Assembly (NCBI GenBank): GCA_049322955.1
Contig: JBMOPU010000012.1
Span: 886,186-950,185 of the forward strand
DNA: 64,000 bases
DNA from: Patescibacteria group bacterium
Lineage (GTDB): Bacteria; Patescibacteriota; Microgenomatia; UBA10105; UBA927
Direction of reading: 5' to 3'
The notes below the pieces were generated by a model, which worked only from the letters and a program-made list of their open reading frames with translations, was not told where the DNA came from and did not search any database. The position numbers and the translations under genes are program-made. This document shows positions 19,222 through 28,024 of the stretch, one piece after another (positions within the stretch are counted from its first letter, which is position 1; the number at the start of each line of letters is the position of its first letter).

Positions 19222-20247
19222 TCAGGTGAAGAGCGAGGCATTCTCCCGCACCCATTCATACAGTTTTGTTATGCCCTCAGTAACACCCGTTGTCGGTTCC
19301 CAACCGAATTCTTTTTTCGCTTTTCTTACGTCAGCAACAAATATTTTCTGATCACCGGGACGCCAGTCCTGCGGGCTGACGCGGATGGTTTTTTTAAATA
19401 ATTTTTCCAGCAGCGGACCGAATTCATGCCACACCGATAACGTATTTTTGGGACCGCCTCCGATATTATAGAGGCCGCCTTTTGTTTTTTTGCCTGCGGC
19501 AATCGCCATATCGTATGCGTGTATCAGATCATCAACGTACAGAAGGTCGCGCACCTGTTTCCCGTCGCCGTAAATGGTAAGTTTTTTCCCGATGGTGGTG
19601 GCGATGATAAACCACGCGACCCATCCCTGATCCTCTACGCCGAACTGTCGCGGTCCGTAAATACACGATTGACGGAACACCACGGTGTCCAATCCGTATA
19701 TCCTGCCGTAATCATGCACGTATTGATCGGCGGTTCCCTTCGAACAGCCGTACGGCGAATGAAAATCCAAGGGAGCGGATTCACTCACTCCGTGTGAAAG
19801 CTTTTCATACGCATACCGGCCGTTTTTTTCAACGACCGAAACATCTTCCATTCCCCCGTATACTTTATTGGTTGACGAATAAATAAGCTTGGCCCGGCTG
19901 GAACTTGCCCGCATCGCTTCAAGCAGGTTAAAGGTACCCAACGCGTTGATTTCAAAATCTTCCCGCGGGTCGAGTACCGATGTGGTCACGGCAACCTGCG
20001 CGGCCAGGTGCAACACGGCGTCGGCGTTTTTCAAAAAACCGACGAGCTTGGCCACGTCGGCGGGTTTCCGGAGATCTCCTTTGATAAAGGTGAGTTTGCC
20101 GCCCAAACGCTTAAGCCAGGCAAGATTTTTGTCGGTGTTTTTCCGCGAGAGATTATCAAAGACCACGACATCGGCTTTTTTGCCGAGGTAAAACGCTGCG
20201 GCATTACTGCCGATAAACCCCGCACCCCCGGTAATGACGATACGCAT
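19222..20247 (-). CDS. CDP-paratose 2-epimerase-like NAD-dependent epimerase (RfbE/Prt-like)
   Basis: MRIVITGGAGFIGSN, VVFDNLSRK, HLAAQVAVTTS, EDFEINALGTFNLLEA, IYSSTNKVYG, DFHSPYGCSKGTADQY (YxxxK), VVFRQSCIYGPRQFG, DQGWVAWF, GDGKQVRD. These blocks match Salmonella CDP-tyvelose epimerase as I recall it. Confidence 0.7.
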   Translation of the reverse strand: MRIVITGGAGFIGSNAAAFYLGKKADVVVFDNLSRKNTDKNLAWLKRLGGKLTFIKGDLRKPADVAKLVGFLKNADAVLHLAAQVAVTTSVLDPREDFEINALGTFNLLEAMRASSSRAKLIYSSTNKVYGGMEDVSVVEKNGRYAYEKLSHGVSESAPLDFHSPYGCSKGTADQYVHDYGRIYGLDTVVFRQSCIYGPRQFGVEDQGWVAWFIIATTIGKKLTIYGDGKQVRDLLYVDDLIHAYDMAIAAGKKTKGGLYNIGGGPKNTLSVWHEFGPLLEKLFKKTIRVSPQDWRPGDQKIFVADVRKAKKEFGWEPTTGVTEGITKLYEWVRENASLFT

Positions 20248-20259
20248 AACGATCCTCCT

Positions 20260-21051
20260 TTACGGGACAGATACTTTAAAATTCAGTTCCTCATCAAAGC
20301 GCCATTTGCGCTTGTTTAAGTTATCATAATACCGCAGAAAGCGTAACCGATAAAATACCGCGATCGTATCCCAGAGCATATTGAGGATTGTTTTCCACAC
20401 CCCGGTGGAAGTGATGCTGGAGGCTCCCGTAAAATCAAGCTCGACGGGCGCTTCGTAGATACGGGTGTACCCCAGGTATTTGGCGACGGCGAGTATTTCG
20501 ATATCGAACGCGAATTGTTTCACTACCAATCGCGGCAGTACATCCTCGAGCACCGTTCGCCGGTACAGCTTCATCCCTACCTGGGTATCCCGCACATTCA
20601 ATCCGAAAAGAAGCCGCACCAACTGCTGATATCCCCAGGAGAGAATTTTCCTCTCCAACGGATACATCACTTTGGAAACGGGATGCCGTTTGCTCCCGAC
20701 AATGATATCCGCGTTATACCATTTGAAATGCTCGAGCATCATGGAAAGCCCGAGCTCGCTTAAATCTCCTCCCGCATCGAGAAACCCGATCACGTCACCG
20801 TGCGACTTCCCCATACCGAAACGGACGGCATACCCTTTGCCATGGTTCGTTTTGTACCCGGTCACCGTAACTTTTGTCGAACGGACTTTTTTTGCCTCCT
20901 CAAAGCTTTTGTCATCCATCCCGTCTATTACCACGATTACTTCCGTCGGCACATGGAGCAACTCAAGCTCCGCCAGGATATTCTGCAACTGTTTGCGTAT
21001 GGTTTTTTCCTGATGATAGACGGGAATAATAAGACTTAACAGTTTCATAGG
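20260..21051 (-). CDS. glycosyltransferase family 2 (possible polyprenyl-phosphate sugar synthase)
   Basis: LSLIIPVYHQ ... VVIDGMDD ... GKGYA ... FLDAGGD. Start moved to MKLLSLII to abut the downstream gene. Confidence 0.7.
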   Translation of the reverse strand, partial: PMKLLSLIIPVYHQEKTIRKQLQNILAELELLHVPTEVIVVIDGMDDKSFEEAKKVRSTKVTVTGYKTNHGKGYAVRFGMGKSHGDVIGFLDAGGDLSELGLSMMLEHFKWYNADIIVGSKRHPVSKVMYPLERKILSWGYQQLVRLLFGLNVRDTQVGMKLYRRTVLEDVLPRLVVKQFAFDIEILAVAKYLGYTRIYEAPVELDFTGASSITSTGVWKTILNMLWDTIAVFYRLRFLRYYDNLNKRKWRFDEELNFKVSVP

Positions 21052-21052
21052 C

Positions 21053-22303
21053 TTATCGCTTCCGGCGATAGTATAGCAAAAGACCGATAAATAACCCGAC
21101 GGCAACCGTGATATTTGCGGTAATGATCGAAAAGATACTATCGTGGAATGCCACGATAGCGGCAATCTGGACAACCGACGCTCCCGCGACAAACACCCAT
21201 ACACCCGTCTTTCCATGCCCCAAGAGCGTCATAATCAACACGTAACACAGCGAGTAAAACGATAAAAATATTCCCATCCAACCCACATGCGGAGCCGCGG
21301 GATAATACGATGCGCCAAACAGTAGCCCCAAGGCGATATGAGGGAACAGAAAATATCCGGTGGTAATCCCAAAAGAAACGGTGCATACCGCGAGCAACGC
21401 CGCCATCACCAGATTTCGCGAGCCTGTATTTTGCTTGGTTCGCTCCGCCACAACCGGAAAAAGCACATATGAAACGCTGCTTGAGGCAAAGTAGACTATT
21501 TTCCCCATGACCGAAAGCGCCGCATAATAGCCCGCTTCAACGGGCGGAAGAAAATGTTTGGCAAGCAGGATATCCGTACTATAGAGCGACGTGATGCCGA
21601 GCATGGTGATAAGCGACGGTGCCGAATAGGAAACGAATTCTTTTTTGGAAATCCCGCTCGGTTTGGCGTTTGCCGAGTAGACAAAACGAAGCGGGAGAAA
21701 GTATGCACCGAAACCGACAAGTCCCGTCAAAAATCCCGCGATAACCGTTTCCACAACACCCATCGCCGCCCCTATAATGCCACCCAGTAACCTCAATACG
21801 GTCGTAACGTTGTTCATCACCATCGCGGCGGTAAAAAGCTGGAACCCCTGCAACAAGCTGGTCTGGACGACGGTCACGATCCATAACGCGGAGGTAAGAT
21901 ACATGAACAGGATGGAGACAGGATGTGAAATGTGCAAAAAATCAGCAAGTATCCCCATAAGCGGCAGGACTGCCGCGGTTCCCCCTATCGCGACGATCGT
22001 TAGCCATTTCATCGTTTCGAGGCCGAGATTTTTTGCCTTCCCTACCTCCTGTTTTGCACGAAATCCCGCGATATACTTGGTGAGCACCGTTTGGAGCACC
22101 AGTGACGGAACGTTCAACAGATAGGAAAACGAAAACAGCGAGGCAAGTTCTCCGTAGGAAACGGGTCCCAGCATTCTTCCCACCACCAGGTGATAGGCGT
22201 ACGCGCCGAGATTGGCGAGCGTCGAACCGATAAGGACGACAGCGCTTCCTCTTGCCAGGGGATGGGCGGCAATTCGCCGAAAGAAAGAAATAACCGTTTT
22301 CAT
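21053..22303 (-). CDS. Wzx-like polysaccharide flippase (MOP superfamily)
   Basis: About 12-14 TM helices in the Polysacc_synt arrangement. Start at MKTVISFF gives an ATGA overlap with the upstream gene. Confidence 0.7.
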   Translation of the reverse strand: MKTVISFFRRIAAHPLARGSAVVLIGSTLANLGAYAYHLVVGRMLGPVSYGELASLFSFSYLLNVPSLVLQTVLTKYIAGFRAKQEVGKAKNLGLETMKWLTIVAIGGTAAVLPLMGILADFLHISHPVSILFMYLTSALWIVTVVQTSLLQGFQLFTAAMVMNNVTTVLRLLGGIIGAAMGVVETVIAGFLTGLVGFGAYFLPLRFVYSANAKPSGISKKEFVSYSAPSLITMLGITSLYSTDILLAKHFLPPVEAGYYAALSVMGKIVYFASSSVSYVLFPVVAERTKQNTGSRNLVMAALLAVCTVSFGITTGYFLFPHIALGLLFGASYYPAAPHVGWMGIFLSFYSLCYVLIMTLLGHGKTGVWVFVAGASVVQIAAIVAFHDSIFSIITANITVAVGLFIGLLLYYRRKR

Positions 22304-22986
22304 GGGCGCCAGAAGCGGTAGCGAACGAGCGTAAGCAGGGCAATTACCCCGTCCCACCAGGTCAGCTTTTTCCCTTCTTCAAATTTTCTCCCGAAATAGG
22401 AAATCGGTACTTCATAAATCTGATGGCCGCTCCGCAAAAGTTTTGCAGTCACCTCCGGCTCAAAATCAAACCGCTTGGCGTTTATCGTAATGTTGGAGAG
22501 CGCGTCTTTCCGAAATGCCTTATAACCGGTTTCCATATCGGTGATATTGGTGTTGTAGAAAATGTTGGTGAGTAACGTGACAAACTTGTTGCCGAGTTCA
22601 TAGACAAACATGGTGGAAAGATGCGCGCCCAAAAATCGAGATCCGTAGACTACTTTGACGCGTTCGTTTTCAAACGGGGCAAGCAGTGTGGGATAGTCCG
22701 CCGGACTGTACTCGAGATCGGCATCTTGAATAAGGATGATGTCTCCGGTCGCTTCCCGTATTCCCCGGGAAACGGCGGATCCTTTTCCCCCGTTTTTCGG
22801 CATGACGATAAGCCGGATTTTTTTCTGCCAATGCTTGAGCAGTTGCGGTGTTCCGTCGACGGATCCGTCGTCCACGACGATGACTTCTTTTGTCCATCCC
22901 GGCACCGTTTGGGCAAACACGCGGGTAAGCACCGACTCAATCGTCGCCGCTTCGTTATAGGTGGGAATAATCACGGAAAGTTTTTT
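22300..22986 (-). CDS. polyprenyl-phosphate glycosyltransferase (GT2; Dpm1/ArnC/GtrB-like)
   Basis: LSVIIPTYNE, EVIVVDDGSVDGT, PKNGGKGSAVSRGIREATGDIILIQDADLEYSP, ETGYKAF. Confidence 0.8.
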   Translation of the reverse strand, partial: KKLSVIIPTYNEAATIESVLTRVFAQTVPGWTKEVIVVDDGSVDGTPQLLKHWQKKIRLIVMPKNGGKGSAVSRGIREATGDIILIQDADLEYSPADYPTLLAPFENERVKVVYGSRFLGAHLSTMFVYELGNKFVTLLTNIFYNTNITDMETGYKAFRKDALSNITINAKRFDFEPEVTAKLLRSGHQIYEVPISYFGRKFEEGKKLTWWDGVIALLTLVRYRFWRP

Positions 22987-22993
22987 CATACGA

Positions 22994-24052
22994 TCAGGAA
23001 AGCGACGCATAGACCGACGCCGTTTCTTTTGCCACCCGTTTCCAGGTGAATTGTTTTGCCCATTCCATTTCGTTTTTTACCAGCTGTTTGCGTTCCTTGG
23101 GCGGAAGCATAACCGACTGTCGTATGGCACGCGCCAACTCCCCGGTATTGCCCGGATCGGCACTGAGCGCGGGACCCGATATTTCGGGGATACTCCCCCG
23201 GTCACTTGCCACCACCGGCACCCCGCACATCATCGCCTCTATCACCGGGAATCCGAACCCTTCATACCATGAAGGAAGCACTACGGATCGTGCACCGGAA
23301 TAGAGCGCGGACATATCCTCATCCCGGATAAATCCGGGGCGAATCACATGTTTCCCTATCCCGAGCGACGTAATAAGCTGCAGGATATCACGGGTTTCCC
23401 GCAGTTCCGTATTGGAAAACGCGCTGCCTGCCAACACTAATGTTGTGTTTCTGCTTCGGGAAAGTTTTGCCCTGGTCAGCTTCCACGCGGCAAGAAGTCC
23501 CGTAACGTTTTTGTTCCAGTTCACGTCCCCGACATACAGCACGTATTCCTCCGGCAGATGATATCGCTGTCGCATGGCACGAATCCTCTGCTCGTCGGTG
23601 ACCCGCTTATAGGACGGCGAGGGGGCAAGGGGCACTACATGGATTTTTTCTTCCTGTTTGCCCGTCAATTTCGCGATATCTTTTTTGCTTGATCGGGAAT
23701 CGGTCACAATCGCCGCGGCTCCCATAAGCGATAATCGCTGTATTTGCCATTTTACCCTGCCGCGAATCCCGGGCGGAAATTTATCCGGAAATAGCAGCGG
23801 AATCATGTCGTGGACGGTTACCACCGTGGGATAGTGCTTAAAAAACGGCAGGGTCAGAAAAAAAGGGTCAAAAAACGGATAATGCACGACATCCGTCTTT
23901 TTGAGGATATCCTCAACCCGGGTAAAAAAGGAATACGTGTGCCCTTTTTCGTATTTTAGCAGCGCGTCAATGAGGTTTTTGGTATAGACACCCGTCCCCC
24001 GCATCCGGTGTTCGGTCGAGAGCGGCAACGTATTTATCGCGATATTCATAAT
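22994..24052 (-). CDS. glycosyltransferase family 4
   Basis: VLPSWYEGFGFPVIEAMMCGVPVVAS. Start trimmed to MNIAINTL. Confidence 0.8.
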   Translation of the reverse strand: MMNIAINTLPLSTEHRMRGTGVYTKNLIDALLKYEKGHTYSFFTRVEDILKKTDVVHYPFFDPFFLTLPFFKHYPTVVTVHDMIPLLFPDKFPPGIRGRVKWQIQRLSLMGAAAIVTDSRSSKKDIAKLTGKQEEKIHVVPLAPSPSYKRVTDEQRIRAMRQRYHLPEEYVLYVGDVNWNKNVTGLLAAWKLTRAKLSRSRNTTLVLAGSAFSNTELRETRDILQLITSLGIGKHVIRPGFIRDEDMSALYSGARSVVLPSWYEGFGFPVIEAMMCGVPVVASDRGSIPEISGPALSADPGNTGELARAIRQSVMLPPKERKQLVKNEMEWAKQFTWKRVAKETASVYASLS

Positions 24053-25587
24053 TGCCTCTTGAGTATAAACGATACGAATGCGACAGACAACGAAAGAACG
24101 CCGATAAAAACGGACAGCCGCTGCCACCATGTCTCATGCAGTGCTATCTCGCCTTCCCGTACGCCGGAAGGAATCGTAAATGACGCAAGACCGCGTCCGT
24201 CGGGTTCACTGGGTATTGTTTTTTCTCCCGTGATAAATACCCATCCCGGATAGTGCGCGACGGGAGCGGTAAGCGTCCCGCTTGCGGTGGCGGTAAGGGA
24301 TATCGCATAACGGGTCGGTGCCGTTTTTTCCGCGGAGACGGTTCCCGATGACAGAGAAAACGGCGTGGTCGCAAGCGACTTGGGATCGCCGGTTATCCAT
24401 CGGGTCTGAAACGCATTCCCGAGCGACGAGGTGCCGCGGGACAATTGTTCATGCGCAAAATACTGTGCATCCGTCCGCGGCTGATAGATAACCGGATGAA
24501 AATACCGCCAGGTAAATGCAAATGCGCACACCACGATCAGAACGCTGACGACGTTTTTTCGCGCAACCGCGGCAGCGAGTATCGGGGTCGCTATGACGAT
24601 AACCGCAAGGAGCCGCCACGGATACTGGATGAGCGAAAGCGGCGGGATCATTTGCCATACAAACACAGAGACCGGCAACATGAAAAAAACGGCGGCAACA
24701 CCGAGCAGCCGATAGAAGAGGAGTTCTTTGCGAAGGTGATTTTCTTTCCGGGAAACAAAGAGACCTGCGATAAAAATCACCATCGGCATAATCCCGATCT
24801 GGTAGGACATTTCGGTAGCGCCTCCCGTTTGTCCGCGGTAGCCGCTTCCCCAGGATGGGAGCAACAACTGGTCTAACCGGGGAAAATAATCAAACACATT
24901 CACGTTACTGAGCCCGCTAATGAACTGCCGTTCATAGAGCGCGGGTATCCAAAACACACTCGACATACCCACACCCAGGAGTATGGCAAAAAGCCCTTGC
25001 CGGCAAAACAAAAAAGCGTACAGAAAAAGTACCGGCACAAATAGCATCGCCATAATGTTATGACTGACGATAAGAAGCGCCACACCGGCGGACGCCATAC
25101 CGTATCGTTTTTTCGTAAGCGCAAAGAGTGATGCAAATATGAAGGCGATCGCCCATATCTCGCCAAGGGAACCGCGGATATACATATCAAGAAACCAGTA
25201 CGGTACAAAAGCCCCTGCCAGCGCCCCGATCGCGGCACGGAATGTACCGAATTTTTCCTTGAGCCAGAGGTATGAAAAGAGCACGGCGACAATATAACCC
25301 GTTGCGGTAACTAATTTGACGCTATCGACAAATGAAAATCCGAATACATGAAACAATGCGCCTACCAGGTTGGGAAACGGATATTGAAACGTAAACAGCG
25401 GGATCCCCAACCCATAATTTAAATCCGGAGCCCATCGGGGAAATAACGTGCCGCCGGAAAGCATCGTAAAATACTGCCAGAACCGTATAATGTGATATTC
25501 ACCGTCATGGGTCGGAATAAATCCATTCCCGAACAACGGTGACGCGGCAAAAAGTACCGGAATAAGGACAAGGATAAACGGTATCAT
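24046..25587 (-). CDS. YfhO-related polytopic membrane glycosyltransferase-like protein (HD...RW paralog family, member 1 of 5)
   Basis: N-terminal PTHDGEYHIIR...FPRWAPDLNYGLGIPLFTFQYP, mid FVPYWFLDMYIRGSLGE, C-terminal YPGWVFITGE...IPSGV then a TM anchor. Start trimmed to MIPFILVL, which overlaps the upstream stop as ATGA. Confidence 0.6.
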   Translation of the reverse strand: MIPFILVLIPVLFAASPLFGNGFIPTHDGEYHIIRFWQYFTMLSGGTLFPRWAPDLNYGLGIPLFTFQYPFPNLVGALFHVFGFSFVDSVKLVTATGYIVAVLFSYLWLKEKFGTFRAAIGALAGAFVPYWFLDMYIRGSLGEIWAIAFIFASLFALTKKRYGMASAGVALLIVSHNIMAMLFVPVLFLYAFLFCRQGLFAILLGVGMSSVFWIPALYERQFISGLSNVNVFDYFPRLDQLLLPSWGSGYRGQTGGATEMSYQIGIMPMVIFIAGLFVSRKENHLRKELLFYRLLGVAAVFFMLPVSVFVWQMIPPLSLIQYPWRLLAVIVIATPILAAAVARKNVVSVLIVVCAFAFTWRYFHPVIYQPRTDAQYFAHEQLSRGTSSLGNAFQTRWITGDPKSLATTPFSLSSGTVSAEKTAPTRYAISLTATASGTLTAPVAHYPGWVFITGEKTIPSEPDGRGLASFTIPSGVREGEIALHETWWQRLSVFIGVLSLSVAFVSFILKRQL

Positions 25588-26723
25588 AGACGCTTTTTCG
25601 GAAAAATCCGCGATCCAAAAATCATCGATATTCCGTAGATGATAAGCGGAATTGCGGTAAGTACTACCCGTGCTATCGGCGTTATCCCCCCGTATTCCCT
25701 TGTCGCTATCCACGGAATGTACCGTGCCATAAGGCCCAACGAAAGCCAAAACACAACGCCGTGCATCAACCCGTTTGTTGTTCTCGGGATACACGCCGCG
25801 ATACTGATGAACCACACGGCATACCAGGGATACATTTCTTCACGCAAGGGACTAACGAGAAATACGCCGACCATAAGCCAAAACGCGTACCGGTATTTTT
25901 TATCGATTGAAAGCTTGGGGAGGAAAAATAACGGTAACAAGGCAACCGTTGCTCCTTTGATAAGTATCGAGGCGATAAACAAAAGCACGGCTACGATTTT
26001 TACGGGCACACCTTTTCTGTCCCATAAGACAAGCGAGCCGATGGCAAGCGCCATCATGGTGCCGTCGTTGTGACCGTTTATCAGCAGTTCCGTAACGATG
26101 AGCGGATTTGCCGCAAAAAACAGCACCTGATCCGTCCGCCCGGTTTTTCGGTAAATTAACCAACAAATAATCCCATACGAAACGCCCGCCAAGAGTTTGA
26201 ACGAAAAAATACTCAAAAATATGTGACCGTTTCCCGCCATGTGCGGAATCGCGGTAATTAAAATCCAAACCGGACCGTACAAGGCGAGTTTATTGGCTGC
26301 ACGCGTGAACGAAAGCATGGGTTCATTGGGTATTTCAATCGGCATCACCACATAGGGATTTTCCCTATACTGATAGGTTACTTTGGCAGTCGCGATGTAG
26401 TTGAATATGTCATAGGAAAGCGCCGGGAACGCAAACAGGGCAAGCAGGACGATACCGATAAGCATCCGGGGAATTTTTCGGATGCTCACCGTTGCCCGAT
26501 ATCGCAAAACATCGGCATAGGCGACGTACCAAATAACCAGAAAGACCCCGAAAAGCAGGGCGGTAAGCGGTGATTGCCGATACACCAAATACCGCATCAT
26601 ATCCTCCCATTGCCGGGTATAGGGAGCAAACGGGAGCGACAAATGCGGATCAATAAATCCGTAGGAGATAACGCAAAAAAGAAGTGCCGCAAGAATCGTC
26701 AACGCATATACCAATCGTTTCAT
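25584..26723 (-). CDS. polytopic membrane protein, uncharacterised (all-TM)
   Basis: 379 aa, about 10 TM helices, no recognised soluble domain. Confidence 0.5.
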   Translation of the reverse strand: MKRLVYALTILAALLFCVISYGFIDPHLSLPFAPYTRQWEDMMRYLVYRQSPLTALLFGVFLVIWYVAYADVLRYRATVSIRKIPRMLIGIVLLALFAFPALSYDIFNYIATAKVTYQYRENPYVVMPIEIPNEPMLSFTRAANKLALYGPVWILITAIPHMAGNGHIFLSIFSFKLLAGVSYGIICWLIYRKTGRTDQVLFFAANPLIVTELLINGHNDGTMMALAIGSLVLWDRKGVPVKIVAVLLFIASILIKGATVALLPLFFLPKLSIDKKYRYAFWLMVGVFLVSPLREEMYPWYAVWFISIAACIPRTTNGLMHGVVFWLSLGLMARYIPWIATREYGGITPIARVVLTAIPLIIYGISMIFGSRIFPKKRL

Positions 26724-26726
26724 AGG

Positions 26727-27260
26727 TTATAAAAGCGCTTGTTTTGCTTCTTCCCGGATGCGGAGCGATTCCGTTAACAAAGAAGAAAGCGGCAACTTGG
26801 TCGCATCGGTTTTTTCGGGAGTCCAGGTAAATGTTTCGGGAACATGCGCGCGTATGTCGGATAACACCCGCGTATGCTCCCCTATCGCACCCAGGTATCG
26901 CGCGACAAACAACCGTACGTCTTTCCCTTCCGCCGAGGCTTTTTGAAGAAGCGGCGTTGCTTTTTGGAATTCCCTATCGGAACGTTCCAACGCGTCCACG
27001 GCGAGGAGATACTGTTTGTATTCAAATAAGGTTTTTGCCTCGACAAGATATTTATCCGCAAGCGACAGATGGTATTTGTACCGGGTAATCGAGCCGAAAT
27101 ACAGCGGTTTTTTGAGCTCGTCGATAATGCGCATGATCCGATAGAGTTTGTTTCCCGGCATAGCGGAAGGATACGGCAATACGTACTCGGCACGAACCTG
27201 CGGGGATACGCTTAAAAAGATCACAATGCCGACCAAACAGCCGAACAGTCGAACGTTCAT
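26727..27260 (-). CDS. small secreted alpha-helical protein with signal peptide (resembles the DUF5667 type as I recall it; uncertain)
   Basis: MNVRLFGCLVGIVIFLSVSPQVRA|EY signal peptide, then a charged helical region. It is the only predicted soluble secreted protein in the window. Confidence 0.45.
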   Translation of the reverse strand: MNVRLFGCLVGIVIFLSVSPQVRAEYVLPYPSAMPGNKLYRIMRIIDELKKPLYFGSITRYKYHLSLADKYLVEAKTLFEYKQYLLAVDALERSDREFQKATPLLQKASAEGKDVRLFVARYLGAIGEHTRVLSDIRAHVPETFTWTPEKTDATKLPLSSLLTESLRIREEAKQALL

Positions 27261-28024
27261 GATGCGAGAGATAATAAATACGCCTTAGGAAAATGGAGCG
27301 CTGAAAATAAGGCAAACAAAAACCCCCGCCATCCGTCGACAAATCCCTTATGACGGATAAACAGCAGGAAAAACGTACCAAGCGGTTTTCCCACAAGATA
27401 TGTTACCGCGGCGGCAATGCTTCGATTGCCTTTTTTTTCGGCAAGTTCGCGGGCGGTAAGGGCAATATACGCGGCGGATTTCTTCCAGTACTGCTTTGCC
27501 GAAACATAGGAATAGTGGTCAAGAGGATTGGAGAGTTTGCCTACCGAACCGGCTATCGTTATCTGCTCATGGACGCTTTTTTGGGGGAAACTTCCCTTCT
27601 CCCGCCTGAAGAGTCGGACGACATAATCCGGGTATTGCCCACCTTTGCGGAGCCAATCGCCCAAAAAATAATTTTTTCTCGGGATTGCGTATCCGTCAAG
27701 TGAATTGGCATTTGAGCATACCGCCCGGATTTCGGAGGCCAATTCATTACTCACCACCTCATCGGCATCGAGCTGGAGAATCCACACGCCGTGGGCATGA
27801 TCCAGTGCTTTTTGTTTATTGATGTGGAACATCGGCGGGTTGGTAGTTTCAATTACCGTAGCCCCGTGCTTTTTGGCAATGATCGCCGTGGTATCGGTAG
27901 ATGCGCCGTCCACCACCACGATTTCGTCGGCAAGCGTCCGCACCGACGCAAGACAGCGTTCGATATTTGCGGCTTCGTTATGGGTAGCCAGCGCTACGGT
28001 TATGAGGACATTCTTTTTCGCCAT
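27257..28024 (-). CDS. glycosyltransferase family 2
   Basis: ITVALATHNEAANIERCL ... EIVVVDGASTDTT ... LQLDADE. Confidence 0.8.
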   Translation of the reverse strand: MAKKNVLITVALATHNEAANIERCLASVRTLADEIVVVDGASTDTTAIIAKKHGATVIETTNPPMFHINKQKALDHAHGVWILQLDADEVVSNELASEIRAVCSNANSLDGYAIPRKNYFLGDWLRKGGQYPDYVVRLFRREKGSFPQKSVHEQITIAGSVGKLSNPLDHYSYVSAKQYWKKSAAYIALTARELAEKKGNRSIAAAVTYLVGKPLGTFFLLFIRHKGFVDGWRGFLFALFSALHFPKAYLLSLAS

